Below are positions 60,498-64,000 of a stretch of DNA of 64,000 bases, in pieces. Numbering within the stretch: position 1 is the first letter of the stretch; every line of letters begins with the position of its first letter. The stretch comes from a virus: positions 32,001 to 96,000 of the IMG/VR virus record IMGVR_UViG_3300045972_000140; one strand, given 5' to 3'. The notes under the pieces were generated by a model. That model had not been told where the DNA came from and made no database searches. It saw only the letters and a program-made list of their open reading frames with translations. The position numbers were made by a program, and so were the translations under genes.

Positions 60498-63400
60498 ATG
60501 ACACAGTATATTCAAAAGCTTCCTGCCGTTTTTCAGACGGTAACAGAGAAGAAATTCTTTGATGCAACATTCGACCAGGTGTTCTCTAAGAAAGATAGCG
60601 ACCAGTTGCTTGGCTACTTGGGACGTAGAACACCCGGCTTATATAATCCTGTTACAGATTTCTATGTACCGGAGCCATCTAAAGATCGCACTTGGTGGCA
60701 ATTAGAAGCTACTGCGTTTTCAAGAAATGCAGATAGTACACGCTCGAATATATTTTTCTATGATGACTTATTAAACCGCATAAACTATTATGGCGGTAAT
60801 ACATTAAATCAAGATAGATTATTTGAGTCAGAATATTATAGCTGGGCACCTCCAATTGATTATGATATGTTTACTAACTATCAAAATTATTACTGGGTAC
60901 CCGGTGGCCTTTCTGCAATTCAAATTACAGGCATGACAGATGCAGATATTGATGCTATTTTAGGTCAATATTCTTTCAACACAAATCAGATACCGGGCGC
61001 CTTACCTGCTAATTTGCAATTTACCACTGGGTTAACTGTGCAGTTTGTTGGATCAGCAAAATATCCCGATAAACTTATTGTCGAGGTCATCGGTGGTACA
61101 ACAGGTATTAGATTAGTACCGCCTTGGCCAGGATATACTCCGGGTACATTGTTTGAATTTTTGCCATGGGATGGTATAACAAATCTTGCGACCGGTCGCA
61201 CAATACAAAATATATTTTGGGATTCTCAGACCTGGGACGTTGAGCCAGCACCGGGTAATAGTGATTATATTACTATTGAGCGTAGTTCACCTGACGAAAA
61301 TGCGTGGTCTAGAACAAATAGCTGGTATCATATTGATGTAATTAATGAAACATTAAAATATACAGGATTACCATTTCCGTCCAATGCGTCGCGTGCATTG
61401 CGCCCTATTATTCAATTTACAGCAGATCTAATTTTATACAAATCTGGCACAACATTTAAGAGTGATATTGAATATGGATTTAGAGGTGATTTACAAAGTA
61501 ATCCATTGTTACTATCGGCATACAACAACATATACACTAGAAATCAATTAGATTTGCTATTTGGAATACAATTGCAACAAGGACAACTTGCTATTTTTAT
61601 GCAAGATGTATCTGTTAATAATCAGCTACTTCAGGTCAACATAAATCCAAGTACCGACATAGTTACATTTGATAATGTAGGCTCTGTTGCTGTAGAACAA
61701 GACATTGTATTTGCGACGTTAGATTCGCCGTATAACGGCTTAAAACGCGGCCAAACATACTACTACAGTGCAGGGCAATGGGTAGAAGCAGTCAACGAAA
61801 AATACAAGGCAAATCAACCGCCTATTTTCCAATTATACGATCACAACGGTGTAGCATTAGACGATCCTGCAGTTTATCCAGAAAGCTCGTTTGCCGGTAG
61901 CAAGATATTTTCCTATCAGATTAATTCTACGCCTGGTGCAACAGTCGACCCTGTATTAAAATTCCCAATAGTTTACACAGGATTAGGCCAATCTACTGAT
62001 ATTATGTTTGAAAATAATTTAGTAACAGACAGATACAAATTCAATCCAGATGGCAAAGATATTAATGGTTATTACTACTATAAGTCGTACGGTTCTGAAT
62101 TAATATACAATGCTTGGAATTTATATAATTCAAACTCAATAAATACGCCTAGTTCAATTAATAGTGTTAGTAAACAGCGTGTCATTGATAAATTTGTAGT
62201 CGGCTATGGTGTTGAATATCAGTTTGCATTAAGTGTAACGCCCAATGATTGGTCATCATATAGCCCGGATATTATTGTAACTGTTAACGATGTTGAGGTT
62301 AAACTAGGTGGCGAAGCTAATCCATCGGGTTACTCATTAGCACTTATAAACAATACGCCATATGTTATATTACAGCGATATTTAACAGAATTAATGTTAA
62401 CACCGCAAACAGTAGCACCTGTTGTGCAAGTAGATTCATATATATCGGGTTATTTAGATCCTAATAATCTTGGCCTCTTAAATCCTGCCAAGCCCGGCTA
62501 TTTTGAGATTCCGCAGCAACTAGAAGCTAACCCAACTCAACAAGAAGTTACAACAATTAGCGGTAGTGACTTAATTAATCAGTTTACATCGATTATTGCT
62601 AATCAAGATAGCATAACCGGTAGAGCATTTGGCGGCCCAAATAATTATAGAGATACATTTAAAAATAATACATTAGGTTCTTTTATCTTACAGAATGTAG
62701 CGCCTGCACTCAAGACAATGCTAATATCGTCCGGCGATGATGTTGACTTTATCACTGGTGTTCGCTTTAGTCAAGACGAATACACTAAGTTTAAGAACAA
62801 ATATTTAAAGGTTGCACAGCAACTTATTAACCAAGAATTTAGTCCAGTACAATATCATAACAATACAATTGTAATTAATGCATGGGTTGATGAAATCATT
62901 AAGGTTGTTAATATATCGAAAGAGTTTTCTAATGCATTTGCATACTCTTATATGATTGCCAATGGTACGCCGTATTTAACAGAAACAGCTACAGTACCTG
63001 CAGGTGGCATAGTTACCTTAACAAATTATATAGACATTACTGCTGATACAAATGCATTGTATATTTACGATACCACACAGAATCAGCGTTTGCTAATACT
63101 GGGCGTAGATTATATTGTTACATCAACTACAAATCCTATTTCGGTAGAAATTATTAATCCAGATATAATCGGTGATGATATTTATATTGCGTTATATAAG
63201 AATCCGTTACCGGCGTATATCCCATCTACACCTACAAAGGTAGGCGCGTATAATGCATCTGTACCTAGAATAGAATTAGACGAATCTTACTCTATACCTA
63301 CATTTGTTATTATAGGCCACGATGGATCCAAGACTATTACTTACGGCGATTATAGAGATCAACTGTTATTAGAATTAGAAATACGAATTTATAATTTGTT

Positions 63401-64000
63401 GCAGGCACGTTTCCGCGAAGAATACAAATTACCTCTAAGATTAGAAAATGTAAAACCCGGATACTATAGAGCAACACGGTACTCTAGAAAAGAGTATCTA
63501 AATATAACCGAATCTTATCTTAACAAATGGTCTGCAAAAAACAGAGCTAACTATCGTCACAACGACTGGAATACAGCAAGTGCAGATCTAATTGCAGCGT
63601 ACCCAACTACTTGGCAAGATAGAATTTGGATGCTGTATAACTACTCATTGGCAGTAGCCACCGTTGGTGGTGAAGGTGGTCAGCACCTTAATTTACCAGG
63701 TAACTGGAAAGGTATTTTCCAATATTACTACGACACTATATATCCTAATACTCGTCCGTGGGAGATGTTAGGATTTTCTGCTATGCCGTCGTGGTGGATA
63801 AGCGAGTATGGCGCGCCTATGTTAAATTCTTCGGGGGAATTAGCATGGGCAGTTGATTACGGCAACGCACAGTATATGCAGATGTGGACAGATTTGTCTG
63901 AAGGCATTATTAGGCACGGTCCGTCTGCTATATTTGATCCTATAACAAATATTGCACAGCCGCAGCCAATGTGGGCACGTTCGGGATTATTAGATTATAG
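60498..64000 (+). CDS. Very large baseplate/structural protein (position of gp7); runs off the right edge of the window
   Basis: Absent from the ORF track, presumably because its stop lies outside the window. ATG at 60498, MTQYIQKLPAVFQTVTEKKFFDATFDQ..., directly after the gp6-like gene with its own late promoter motif. Confidence 0.75.
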   Translation, partial: MTQYIQKLPAVFQTVTEKKFFDATFDQVFSKKDSDQLLGYLGRRTPGLYNPVTDFYVPEPSKDRTWWQLEATAFSRNADSTRSNIFFYDDLLNRINYYGGNTLNQDRLFESEYYSWAPPIDYDMFTNYQNYYWVPGGLSAIQITGMTDADIDAILGQYSFNTNQIPGALPANLQFTTGLTVQFVGSAKYPDKLIVEVIGGTTGIRLVPPWPGYTPGTLFEFLPWDGITNLATGRTIQNIFWDSQTWDVEPAPGNSDYITIERSSPDENAWSRTNSWYHIDVINETLKYTGLPFPSNASRALRPIIQFTADLILYKSGTTFKSDIEYGFRGDLQSNPLLLSAYNNIYTRNQLDLLFGIQLQQGQLAIFMQDVSVNNQLLQVNINPSTDIVTFDNVGSVAVEQDIVFATLDSPYNGLKRGQTYYYSAGQWVEAVNEKYKANQPPIFQLYDHNGVALDDPAVYPESSFAGSKIFSYQINSTPGATVDPVLKFPIVYTGLGQSTDIMFENNLVTDRYKFNPDGKDINGYYYYKSYGSELIYNAWNLYNSNSINTPSSINSVSKQRVIDKFVVGYGVEYQFALSVTPNDWSSYSPDIIVTVNDVEVKLGGEANPSGYSLALINNTPYVILQRYLTELMLTPQTVAPVVQVDSYISGYLDPNNLGLLNPAKPGYFEIPQQLEANPTQQEVTTISGSDLINQFTSIIANQDSITGRAFGGPNNYRDTFKNNTLGSFILQNVAPALKTMLISSGDDVDFITGVRFSQDEYTKFKNKYLKVAQQLINQEFSPVQYHNNTIVINAWVDEIIKVVNISKEFSNAFAYSYMIANGTPYLTETATVPAGGIVTLTNYIDITADTNALYIYDTTQNQRLLILGVDYIVTSTTNPISVEIINPDIIGDDIYIALYKNPLPAYIPSTPTKVGAYNASVPRIELDESYSIPTFVIIGHDGSKTITYGDYRDQLLLELEIRIYNLLQARFREEYKLPLRLENVKPGYYRATRYSRKEYLNITESYLNKWSAKNRANYRHNDWNTASADLIAAYPTTWQDRIWMLYNYSLAVATVGGEGGQHLNLPGNWKGIFQYYYDTIYPNTRPWEMLGFSAMPSWWISEYGAPMLNSSGELAWAVDYGNAQYMQMWTDLSEGIIRHGPSAIFDPITNIAQPQPMWARSGLLDY

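Noticed and set aside
1-64000. Stop-codon reassignment
   Set aside because: Conserved genes are full length in the standard code and TAA, TAG and TGA all occur as ends of tightly packed genes.

Overview
This 64 kb window is the virion-morphogenesis region of a large T4-like (contractile-tailed) bacteriophage using the standard genetic code. No tRNA, rRNA, CRISPR array, integrase or transposase was seen. 1-29.5 kb (minus strand) is a very large cluster of Thr/Gly/Ser/Ala-rich fibre/adhesin genes: two 40-aa-repeat beta-propeller proteins, a 2639-aa protein with about 12 LamG domains, and several mosaic fibres sharing modules. 29.6-43 kb holds neck (gp14/gp15-like), NUDIX, a GT2 glycosyltransferase, the head module (gp23, gp22, gp21, core proteins, gp20), a tape-measure candidate and a gp26-like gene. 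43.5-44.3 kb is a structured non-coding interval. 44.3-50.1 kb holds a GH108 lysin, a resolvase, an orphan nuclease-like gene and gp46/gp47/gp55. 50.2-64 kb is the baseplate operon. The best unexplained signals are: (1) a -1 frameshift signal (A-AAT-TTT plus hairpin) fusing the gp26-like gene to an unannotated ORF, next to the tape-measure candidate; (2) a candidate ~450-nt structured non-coding RNA beside a phased GATT repeat tract; (3) a GATAAATA late-promoter motif, in one case embedded in an RBS-sequestering hairpin; (4) an apparent ATA start codon for the gp15-like gene. All product calls come from motif recognition and gene order, not database searches.
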